From Epiperipatus broadwayi (taxonomy: Eukaryota > Animalia > Onychophora), in the NCBI GenBank assembly GCA_028023455.1, contig JAQFVV010000009.1, positions 6,820,001-6,884,000 of the forward strand: a stretch of 64,000 bases of DNA, given 5' to 3'. The position numbers and the translations under genes were made by a program. The notes beneath the pieces were generated by a model that did no database searches, was not told the origin of the DNA, and was given only the letters and a program-made list of their open reading frames with translations. Positions 53,245 through 64,000 of the stretch are shown piece after piece (the stretch's first letter is position 1; each line of letters begins with the position of its first letter).

Positions 53245-56200
53245 ATATAAAAATTTGAAATAAACACTTATTCACGCAAATTTATTAAAAAATGAAAAAA
53301 ATAAATTTTCTTCAGCTGTTTACAGAGTTCATGATATGTGACAAAAAAATAAAAGTATGTAGTTGCCATGTTAGGAAATAATCTAAGAATATTTTTAAAT
53401 ATGAGTGCTATATGTTTTTATTTTGATTGTATAATACTAAGGATACTGTTAAAAATAAATATATATATATATTTAGTTTTTATTGCATTTATGTTATAAA
53501 AGTTTTTTTTTTTTTAGGAGTTTAAGACAAAAAATATCTAGTCTTGCTTATCAGAATCCTAATAGTTTGTGTAATAACTATTGGATTTTTTTGAGGATGT
53601 AAATTGGTATATTGCTATATTTGTTTCAATTTCTGGCATAGATAAAAATTAAATATACTCCTTAGTTTCTAGAGGCTATAAAATTCCCAGTCAAGACAAT
53701 AATTGGTGGTTGAAGACAGAAAATGCTGATCATCTACCAAAAAATAATTCAAAGATTTCATGGATTACATCAAACTTAAGTAGAAGATACAAAAATTAAG
53801 TAGGTTTATAAAGTTGTAATAGATCCTTTCCCCTCTTTTGTAGTTGAGAAAATTTCCAAATTATGTTAAAATCAAATTTAATTATATTTTGATTAAGAGG
53901 AAGTATATATTCTGAGATGGTTATCTGCTTTTAATAAAAGCAGTTTTAGATATAAGATATTGCATCTAATGTTAACTTCAATAGACATTAAAATTCAATA
54001 ATAATCTTTGATGGTTATAAACTTCAGAAATACTTATATGAATTTAATTAAATTTTCAAATTAATTAAAAATATTAATAGATATTGAAGATGGCTCTGAT
54101 TTAATGAAATCAATAAAAATTTAACATATAGCAATAATAAAATTGCATTTATTCACCAATACATTTTTACTTAGTTAAGTTAGTATTTGAAGGGAAGAAA
54201 AAATATAAAAATACTTAAAAATTGTTTTTTTCTTTTAGAACTGAATATATTGTATTGTAATCTAGAACCTAGTCTACATATATAAAAATAACTAGGCAAT
54301 CGTAATGTTCAAATTATTCTGATTTGTTAATATTTATTTTATCAATTTGTGTGTGTGTGTTTATATATGAACATTTTCACTAACTAGAAAATTGTTGGTT
54401 AACTAATTAAGAACGAAATTCTGTAAAAAAGAGAGAAAAAAAAATATGAACATGTAAAAAAAATTAAAAAAAATGAAATGACATTAATATTTTTGTAAAT
54501 ATTTCTGTAATTATTTGTTCAATGAAAGATAATATATGTGTGCAATTGCAAACAAATGTTAAATTAATATTGCTTTAATCATTTCTGTAATCAAATAAAG
54601 CAATTAAACAACATCACTGCTGGTTATGCAGGAAAAAAAAACATTATAACCTTGAGCTATATAATTAATTATCTTGGTGCATGTTAATTCACATATAGCC
54701 CTGGACTACAGGATTAGTTTGGTACTTGCCACAGAGAGGGAGGATTCAATTGCAGTAATTGTTTTTGAAAAGCACTGTCTTAGATATAAATAAGGTTGAA
54801 ATTTGTCAGTTGGTTCTCCAGTTATACAGCCAGTATTTCAGTTGTCAGTTCTCTAGTTGCTGTTGAGAAGTTGTTTGGACATTTTTTAAGAAGGGGTTAT
54901 CAAAGAGTACGGACTTTCAAACAAAACAACCCCATCAGAAATAGAGTGTTGATGCACACAGCATTGAATAATGGATATATATATATCACTTGTTTTAAAC
55001 ATGTGTGATGGCTATGGATAATTTAGAAGCAGTTTTTGATCAAATAGAAGGCTAAGGCAGCAGTCCTTGTTAGCTAGCACATTAGCTCTAAAATGTAGTA
55101 TGGTGTTTTTGTGATATCAAGTTGGAAAAGGAAGAATGGCTGAATTAATCTTTAAATGCATATTACTTATTTGGCTCTATCTTTTATGACATTAGCTATA
55201 CCTTTGAAGTAAGAAGAATTCAAACTGAAGTATGTATTATGTATAACAAATTACTAAAAGATTTTTAAAACTGTAAGATTTATAAGTGTAACAACAAACA
55301 AACTTTTCCTATGTCAAAAGAAATGGATTTAAAAAAAAAACAAAACAATTTCTCAAAATGATAATGATAACATTCCTCTTTTAAAAGTGAGATTACAAAT
55401 ATATGACTTAATGAATTTCAAAAGTGGATTTTAAGAAACGAAATTTTGGATTTATAAATGAGACAAATTATAACTTTCATGTTCCTAAAATAACATATTA
55501 GACTTTGTGTTCAGAAAAGTGAAAACTTTATGGACGGTTTAAACTGCCAGATTCATATTTCAAAAGAAATATAATCAATGAAGGACAACCGTTTCATGAA
55601 GTGAAAATGCATTCTACAAAGTTTTGCTTTTCTAAAAGAAAGAAGCATGGATTAAGAACTAAAACTCCTAAACAAACAAACAAATCAACAAATAACAAAA
55701 GAAAACAAAAGCACGACTCATGTAAGAATTATTTTATTTTTAGTTAATCATGATTCATCTATATGTCTCATAAAGAAGGAAATTTATTCGATGATTATAA
55801 ATAGTTAATGATTTGTATTTCATATAATAATATATATTTAATATAGTAATATTTAAATATAAATAAATTTCACTAAACTAATGCTTTATCAAGGGATATA
55901 TCATTTGCTTACTTGGTTTTTTTATGTTATTGTTATATTCTTATTGTTGACATACATCACATATTGTTGTGGTAAAATAAACTCTTATTGCTTCTATATG
56001 TTTCTATGCACATTTTTCTATTCATGTTAGTTGAGTAAAACTGACCTAATTTTCATTGCTTCCTGAGCTATGTTGGAGTTAACTGGCACTGTTTTGAGGC
56101 TTTAGCTATTCAAAATAAATAAATTTTCTAGTAGCCTCGGGTTTTATAAAAAGTGTATATCCTATGATGATCAAGAAATATTGCTGTATGGGTTAAACAT

Positions 56201-57261
56201 TTATATATAATAGTATTTATTCCTATAATGTCTTATAGTATGTTTATTATAAAAGGTATTAGTATATCGACCACTCTGATTGGTGAATGATCATACAGTT
56301 GATTATCCCATTATATTTGGCAGTCAGTGTGTGATTATCCCATTATATTTGCCAGTCAGTGTGGCACTAGTAGCTTTCATTCCTAGAATATGAGTGCAAT
56401 TCGGTATCCAGATACATTTGTTATAACCAAGGTGACATTAGTAAAAAAACACGGATCCTGAGAGGTTATTAATATTGCTCAAAATAAAAATGGATGCATA
56501 ATGAAAAATGTATAAACAATAGAGAGAGCAGTAAGGGAAATTAAAAATTGAGTAGTTCAGCCATCAAATAATAGTAATTGTGCTAGAAAAAAAAAAAAGT
56601 AAGGTTGGATATATATTCACAAAAGGGAAGTGAATTGTGTGTGGTTGAGAGTGGGGACTCAACAATTATTAAATATAAAGTGTGGGGAGAGAACATTTTG
56701 TATCATTGAATATAAAAGAAAAAAAAATAAATTTTTTTTTAGTGATAGTGTATTTTTTTGTAAATAATAAAAATGTAGCTGGAGAACAAACTGATAAAAT
56801 AGAACAAGTAATGGAAGAATAAAGTGATGAATAAAAAGATCAACCAATAATAGAAGGAACTCGAAGAAAAGGGAAATAGACTTAATTCCAGTTATTGCAA
56901 ATGTTTAAAGAAATGAAAGAAGAACGTCAGATGCTGTTAAACAAAGCAGAAGAAAAAGAAGTGATGATGCTAAAGAAAGTAGAAGAAAAGGTAGAAGTAA
57001 TCAGTAATGTCAGAAGATATTTTTAGAAGTAAAAGAAAATCAAAAAAGTGATGATAATCGAAAACTAACAAACAGAATAAATGTTGTTATGGAAAATGGA
57101 AGATGAAATGGCCGAAACACAATAAAAAAGTGGTTATTCAATTAGAAAATACTAATAAAAATGGATGAAATCGCTGAAAACTGTAAAAAAATGACTAACC
57201 AAATAGCTGACCAAATCAAATAAGTTAGAGAGGAAATTATGAATGAAATTAAACAAAACAA

Positions 57262-57498
57262 TGGAGAACAAGATGTTAAATAAACTAGGTGCAAGAAACG
57301 ATGGATGTTAAAATAAGCCAAGTATAAGAAGCGATAGAGTTAATGGGTAACCCAAATAAAAAAATCTGGTATCTGTACAGTGGAGAACAAGATGTTAAAT
57401 AAACTAGGTGCAAGAAACGATGGATGTTAAAATAAGCCAAGTATAAGAAGCGATGGAGTAATGGGTAACCAAAATAAAAAAATCTGGTATCTGTACAA
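57262..57498 (+). repeat. ~119-bp tandem duplication inside the LTR element
   Basis: TGGAGAACAAGATG...ATCTGTACA at 57262 and 57381. Confidence 0.9.
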
Positions 57499-57736
57499 TA
57501 GTGAATAGGGACCTTAGTAGGCAAAGTAAATCACTACCAATCAAGATGATGATACATAATATGACAGAAAAATTAGAGGATAACTACAAATAAGATGGCA
57601 AAACCGAAATAAAAAGAGTGATGTTAATGTCCAAATGGGAAGAACATGAAAAAATAAATATAGATACTGCAAAGATGAATATTCATTCCGATGAAATACA
57701 TGCTTAGGATTGTAAACCAGTCTTTTAAAATGAATT

Positions 57737-58110
57737 TTTTCAGGTAATGCTGGTGAGACACCCATCGAATTTATTAATAGTTTGGATATTTCAGCATTAA
57801 CACAATGATTGAAAAGGCTAAGTTAGCAGTAGCCTGTAGTCACCTGCAAGGTGTGTCACAAGTATGGTGGGATTCATTCTAATAACTTTGTTGAGATTAA
57901 ACAGGTACTCATGAATTGCTATTGGAGTGAGGATTACCAGGAGGGGATTAAACACAAAATATCCCAAGAGGAGTGTCCACTTGATGAGCCATACACTCTT
58001 TTTTTAGAAAGCAAGTGGCGAACTTAAGAGCTTTCACTGCAGATCCTCAGAATTTCTAATTGTTAGGATCTTAAGACACAGCTTCCCAAGCCATATTGAG
58101 AAAATTATGA
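57737..58110 (+). pseudogene. Frameshifted Gypsy gag (capsid) remnant
   Basis: FSGNAGETPIEFINSL / MIEKAKLAVACSHLQGVSQVWWDSF / FVEIKQVLMNCYWSEDYQEGIK..PYTLFLE across frameshifts. Confidence 0.75.
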
Positions 58111-60516
58111 TTGACGCAGTTGGTTGAACTGTTGAATGCACTTGACAGCAAATTTGCATCTGATGAAAAAAAGAGGAATTTAAATCTTCAACTAAAACAG
58201 CATACAGAGAGAACTATGACCTGCGTATGAATATCACCCAATATGGGAAGCACTAGGTCAGCCACTACCATGATATGAAGAAAGGCAAGAAGTGCCACTG
58301 TGAAAGAAGAGAAAATAGAGATCAACTGGTAAGATCCAACAGTCCTACCAAAATACGAATAGTTAGATGATCCGTAAGTGGATCACATCTCGTCAAAAGG
58401 AGTTGTTAGTATAGATCTGATCATTATCCTCAATCTCCCAAAGCAGGGTACAGTTATGCTTCTGATTAAAAAAAAAAAGCAAAATGATAAAGCAGAAATT
58501 GAGGAGAGGAAAGGGGGTAATTTTTACAAAATATGGTGACTTTGTTTTCAATAGTGATGATGAATGGGTGATTTTTTCATAGATGTAGGAATGCAGTGTG
58601 TTCATGATATTCCAAAAAATTATCTCAGCGCTGTACATATCTAAAGTTTAAAGTCAAGTAGTCCTTATAATATACACGAGCAAGGCTTTTCAATTTGCTT
58701 AACATTCCTTTCATTTTTTTTTAATGTGCCCTCTGGGTTGTAAATTGCATTTGTGCTTAAATGTTGCATTGCATACTTGTGTTGTGTGATGAAGTATGCC
58801 AATAATCACACCTATCTCAAAAAAGGAAATTTATGTCTGCAAACTCAGATAAATAGATGACAAATTAATGTGTGCAAAGTCAGATAATTTAGATTAGTTT
58901 ATAGCAAAATAAATGTCTAAAAAAAGTCAAATGATTACTGTATTTTATGACAGAACTTTACATGTCAAAGTCAGTATACTAAGGTATTTTGAGACAAAAA
59001 GTCTTATGATGAAATTTATATATGCAAAATCAGAAAGTAAAACTACTTTTAACTAAGTAGTCCAAAGTGGCCTAATGAATAGTAGTATTCTAGCTTGTAA
59101 ATCTGTGGAAATAGTAATATACAGCTGAGCTACTCAATTTCATTCCCCAAATTAGACAGGGAGAAGATAATGTAACCTAGTATCCTATTCTACATATATA
59201 AGGTAATTCAGCAATTGTAATGCTAAAATTATCCTAGTTTTGTCAAGATTTATTTTACCAGTTTGTGTGTGTGCATTAATATAGATATAATGAAAAGTTT
59301 TTATTCACTAGAAAATTCTTTGGTTAACTAATTAAATAAATTTTGGTTAACTAATTAAATAAATTTTGTAAAAAAAAAGAGAAATACAAAGTTGATAATT
59401 TTGCTATTTACACACAGTGTTTGAATTCATGCATATCTAAAAAAAAAAAAAGAAAGAAATGAAATGACAAATTAATATTTTTGCAAATATTTCTGTAATC
59501 ATTTGATCAATGAAAGAAACACTATCTTAGATATAAATATGGCTGAAAATTTAAGTCTATCAGTTTGACAATTATATAATCAGTGTTCCAGTCAGGTATC
59601 CAATTCTCCAGTTGCTGTCGAGAAGGGACTATCAAGGAGTATGGTTTTTCAAACAAAAAAGTATCGGAAATAGAGTGAATGTTGATGCACACAGCATTGA
59701 ATAGTGGATGTATATTATATTTGGTTTAAACATATACAATGCCTATGAGTAACTGAGAAGCAGTTTCGATCAAATGAAAAGCTAAGGCAGCTCATAACCC
59801 TCTGTTAACTAGTACAATTAGCTCTAAAATATAGTATAGCATATCAAGTCCGAAAACTAAGAATGGTTTGAATTAATCTTTAAATGCACATTGCTCATTT
59901 GGCTCTCTCTTTTCTGGCATTAACTATAACTTTGAAATAAGAAGGATTTAAACTGAAGTATGTATAAAAACAGGCAAAACTCTCTATACAGTAGTGCCAC
60001 TCAGTGCAAGCCAGAGTAATCAGTGGATGTCAGAAGGCTTGTGCATAAAATCCCTATCTAGTAGCTACTTATCTAATATACCCAGACTAATTTTTGGCTT
60101 GTAGCCTTCGTCAGTGAGAAGCCTTGGATTTGAAAGCACTGCATCTATATCTTAGGATCTAATGCAACCTTCCAGCAACCACCTTTTATCTCTACTTAAC
60201 TACAAAACTATGAAAACACAATATTTTCAATTTCAGCTCATTAGCTTATATAGTCATATAGGTCTGAACTCAGTTCAGTACTCATACATTTTGGTGTCTT
60301 TGGTTCTTTAATAACATAACCACCACTATCCTATTAGGCAGGATTGATATTAAACCACTAAACATTACATGATCACCATTTCTTATGCTTGCTTATAACT
60401 ATTAAAACAGGCAAAACTCTCCATACAGTAGTGCCACTTAGTGCAAGCCAAAGTAATCAATGGATGCCAGAAGGCTTGTGCATAAAATCTCTATCTAGTG
60501 CCAACTCATCCAATAT

Positions 60517-60556
60517 CCCCAGACTAGTTTCTGGCTTGTGGCCTTCATCAGTGAGG
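60517..60556 (-). ncRNA. Type I hammerhead ribozyme, family A (best-preserved copy)
   Basis: CCTCA-CTGATGA-AGGC-CACAA-GCCA-GAAAC-TA-GTC-TGGGG, with stem I extended by ATCCAA/TTGGAT past an internal loop. The sister copy at 60080-60119 has GAAA>AAAA. Confidence 0.85.
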
Positions 60557-61096
60557 AGCCTTGGATCTGAGAGCATTGCACCTAGATCTTAGAATCTAAT
60601 GCAACCCTCCAGCAGCCCTCTTTTATCTCTACTTAACTACAAACTATGAGAACAAAATTGAAAACACAATATTTTCAAACTAAGCTCATTAGCTTATATA
60701 GTCATATACATCTGAGTGAATTCAGTTCAGTACTCATACATTTTGGTGTCTTTGGTTCTTTAATAATCATTGCCACCACTATCCTATTATGGAGTTTTGC
60801 ATGTTTTAATAGCAGCTATGAGCAAGCATAAGAAATAGTGATTATGTGATATTTAGTGGTTTAATACCAATCCTTCCTAATAGGATAGTGTGGCTGTAGT
60901 ACAGAGAAGCCACTACTATCCTATTAGGCAGGAGTTCAGACCTATATGACTATAAGCTAATGAGCTTAGATTGAAAATATTATTGTGTTTTCAATTTTGT
61001 TCTCATAGTTTTGTAGTTAAGTAGAGATAAAAGGTGGCTGCTGGAGGGTTGAATTAGATCCTAAGATCTAGGTGCAGTGCTCTCAGATCCAAGGCT

Positions 61097-61136
61097 CCTC
61101 ACTGATGAAGGTCACAAGCCAGAAACTAGTCTGGGG
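61097..61136 (+). ncRNA. Type I hammerhead ribozyme, family A (core intact)
   Basis: CCTCA-CTGATGA-AGGT-CACAA-GCCA-GAAACTAGTC-TGGGG; cut after 61131. Confidence 0.82.
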
Positions 61137-62331
61137 ATATTGGATGAGTAGGCACTAGATAGGGATTTTATGCACAAGCCTCCTGGCATTCATTGAATAC
61201 TCTGGTTTGCAATGAGTGGCACTACTGTATGCAGAGTTTTGTCTGTTTTAATAACAGTTATAAGCAAGCATAAGAAATGGTGATCATGTGATAAAGTATG
61301 TATAATGTTTAACAAACTACAAAAGGAGTTTTAACACTAAGATTTATAAGTATAACAACAAACTATTTGTGGCAAAAAATAATGGCTTTAAAGAAAACAA
61401 AAAAACAATAGTCATAATTTATCCAATTAAAGATTTTATTTTCGCAAAATAGATTCTGTGAATTATAAACTGTAATTTTTATAATGATAATGAATTATAA
61501 ACTGTAATTTTTATAATTGTAATGAATGATTACATTTCTCTCTTTAAAGTGAGAGTGTAAATTTATGACAATGAATAGGGCAACTTTAAGAAATGAAAAT
61601 TTCATAATTACAGAATTTTGGATTTATAAATGTGACAAATTATTATCCTCATATTTCCTAAAGTATCATTTTAAATTTTGCATTCACAAAAGTAAAACTT
61701 TATGGATTTTGTAAACTGCTAAATTCATATTTCAAAAGAAATATGATCAATGAAAGATAACCATTTCATGAAGTGGAAATTTATAAAAATTAGAAATACA
61801 CTTTACAAATGGACCCTTACAAACATTATTTTCCTAAAAGAAACATGGATTAAGAACTAAAACACCCAAATCGATAAACAAATCAACAAGGAAGAAAAGA
61901 AAACAAAAGGAGGACACATAAGAATTATTATGGTTTATTTTTTAGTTAATCATCGTTAACCTAAGTAGCACTTAGTTTAAGAATGAAATTTATTCGATGA
62001 TTATAAACAGCTAGTGATTTGTATTTAATATAATCATATATGTCGGTATAATATAATTGGCATTCGCAACAAAGGGATATATTATTTAAGTATAAATAAA
62101 TTTTAATAAACTGTAGTTGGATATCAATTGCCTAACCAAGGGGTATATTATTTTCTTATTTTTATTTTATGTTATTGTCTTGTAGTTATACAATGTTGAC
62201 ATCCATCACGTATAGTTATTGTAAAATAAACCACTATTGCTAACTTTTTGTTTCTATGCACATTTTTTTATTCATGCTTTCCATTCAGCAATGTTAGTTG
62301 TTCAAATATTTCACATAATTTTCATTACTTC

Positions 62332-62428
62332 ACTCAGAAGCAAAATTCTCCATATAGTAGCAACACCAGTGCAAGCCAAAGTTATCAATGGATGCTAGAA
62401 AGTTTGTGCATAAAGATGTTTAGTAGTC
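62332..62428. mobile_element. 97-bp family A micro-insertion (10-bp TSD)
   Basis: TCATTACTTC (62322-62331) / TCATTATTTC (62429-62438). Antisense fragment plus sense GATGTTTAGTAGT. Absent from the 5' LTR (TTTTCATTGCTTCCTGAGC, ~56050). Confidence 0.75.
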
Positions 62429-62949
62429 TCATTATTTCCTGAGCTATGGTGGAGTTAACCAAATATTAACCATAAAAGGTTATAATTTAAACTTGGGTGC
62501 TAGTCCCAAGTTTTGGGGTTTTATCTACTCAACACAAATGATTTTTTTTAGTAATCTCAGGTTTTATAAAAAAATATTCTGTAATAAGCATGAAATATTG
62601 CTGCTGTATGGGCAAAGCATTACGTGTAATAGTATATTTGTTACTATAATGTTCTATAATATGCTCATTATTAAATACACTAATATATAGATTACGCTGA
62701 TTGGTAAATGGTCATACAATGGGTTATCCCGTTACAATATATATATATATGGAATCATGCAAATTGATAAAGAAAATGAGTTTAAGAAGTTAAGGAAATA
62801 CAACAAATAAGAAGTACTGAAAAAAATAAATTTAAAAGTGTAAAATATGTTATTGGAAATAAAGTTATTATACTGTTAAGAAGAAAAAATGGCATGGTTA
62901 CTAAACGTGTATTTGATTTTATGAGACATGAAACAGTTTGCAAAGAACT

Positions 62950-64000
62950 TCATAGCAATAAAATTTAACAAGAAAGCAATGTAAACTGAACAATGACATA
63001 TTTGAATTGCTACCCATTATAATTTAAGAGATGAGTGAGACAATTAAATCTTTTAGAAATAAAAAGAATCATTTTGGGTAGTTTAAAAGAAAATAAATGA
63101 AGAAATTGACAAATTGTTAGATAATCTATTTGTTATATTTCTAAATAATGATAAACTAAACATTGAGAATAAAGCAATAGTGATAATAATTTATTGTTCT
63201 TTTAATTCAGGATTTACATATCACTCTTCTCTTAATTCTCCATAAAATATTTTTTTAAAAATTATTGTAAATTATTTGAAGAAAACTTTGAACTTAAGCC
63301 GATCAAAAAATGAATTTGAAAATTACTATAATATAGTAGATAACATCAAAGATTGAAAGGTTATAGAAAGGACCAGTGAATAGGAATTGTAATTTTGTTT
63401 TGGTTTTGTATAGTATGAATGATCATTTGACTGTAAGCATTTCTGTTGTGATTAAAGTTTTGAAATATCAAAATATATTTATTTGTATAAGCATTCAGTA
63501 AAATCAGTATTGGTTAGGATGAAGTATAAGATGACTCCAGCTTTTAAAGCATTTTATATCACTTCTGTGGAGAATATTTTGTACAATACAATGGAAAGCA
63601 AAGGAATAAAGATCAATGATTATTTCTTAAATAATGCAAATTTTGCAGATGATATTGTTTAGCCAAAAATGCTTCACAGCCAAAGGAAATTTACAGGAAT
63701 TATTATCAGATGAAAGCAATAAAGTACAGTAAAGATAATTTCTAAAAGATTAGATTAATGATCAATAACTTTTTTAAAAAAGGAGAAAATTAACATTGAT
63801 TCAGTAACATATTTATTACATATGAAAAATTAAGAATATTTAAGATAAATTCTTAATGCAAATGGAAGTATAATAGATGAAATAATATAGAATTAAAGTT
63901 AATTGCAAGATTAATATTTTTAACATTAAAATTATTGGGGAGTGTGTGCAAATGTTATTTGTATAAATTTTAATATACATACATTTTGTTCTATTATATA
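62950..64000 (+). mobile_element. Decayed RTE-like LINE RT remnant
   Basis: GIKINDYFLNNANFADDIV (FADD at 63642-63653), preceded by a degenerate 'GVRQGD.LSP.LF...LE.IF' region. The 5' boundary is approximate. Confidence 0.6.

Larger units (their letters stand above)
59967..61293. mobile_element. Hammerhead family A insertion 4 (two antisense units + sense unit, 11-bp TSD)
   Basis: TSD AAGTATGTATA at 59956-59966 and 61294-61304. The empty site survives in the 5' LTR (~55222-55240). 437-nt period (60085 vs 60522). Confidence 0.93.
54256..62736 (+). mobile_element. Older non-autonomous Gypsy-type LTR element with ~2-kb LTRs
   Basis: Diverged LTR pair 54256-56315 (TGTAAT...CATTATA) and 59171-62736 (TGTAAC...CGTTACA). 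TGGCAGTCAG PBS-like site at 56318; purine tract before 59171; flanks GTAT/ATAT. The 3' LTR carries two family A insertions. Confidence 0.7.

Noticed and set aside
18310-62442. Recurrent short ORFs containing QSNQWMPEGLCIKS..SAYSSNIPRLVSG (18594, 27833, 45037, 45477, 60389, 62248).
   Set aside because: They are the antisense reading of the family A ribozyme repeat. Starts, lengths and stops differ between copies and there is no sign of codon-level conservation.
54256-62736. Segmental duplication of ~2 kb (54.3-56.3 vs 59.2-62.7 kb).
   Set aside because: Better explained as the LTR pair of one retroelement: TGTAA/GTTACA termini, PBS-like and PPT-like sites, and gag between them.
661-64000. Remaining 60-110 aa ORFs in the supplied track.
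   Set aside because: Low-complexity F/I/L/K/N-rich products expected by chance in AT-rich DNA, or antisense/off-frame readings of transposon remnants; no recognisable domains.

Overview
Very AT-rich (roughly three quarters A+T by eye), CpG-depleted, repeat-dense eukaryotic DNA, most likely from an invertebrate animal. No complete host gene can be supported, and nearly all ORFs in the supplied track are chance or repeat-derived. The window is a mosaic of decayed LINEs (RTE-, CR1/L2-, Jockey- and L1/Tx1-like), two gag-only Gypsy-type LTR elements (48004-53244, 54256-62736), Tc1/mariner- and hAT-Charlie-type MITEs, Penelope-like element (PLE) remnants, and one CpG-rich promoter-like island (~22.3-28.4 kb). 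The most notable content is two unrelated families of short non-coding repeats that each carry a 40-nt minimal type I hammerhead ribozyme (HHR) with a palindromic stem III. Family A has a ~440-nt unit, five TSD-flanked insertions and an older relic. Family B has a 369-nt unit and one very young insertion. All six insertions share one architecture: an inverted segment, an unpaired tail (54-57 nt in four, 44 nt in one, not measurable in the 97-bp micro-insertion) and a 10-14 bp target-site duplication. A Penelope GIY-YIG endonuclease fragment with its own hammerhead relic lies nearby (38728-39361). The best reading is non-autonomous, PLE-mobilised retrozymes that could release self-cleaved, possibly circular, RNA monomers. 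Cleavage and expression are inferred, not shown.
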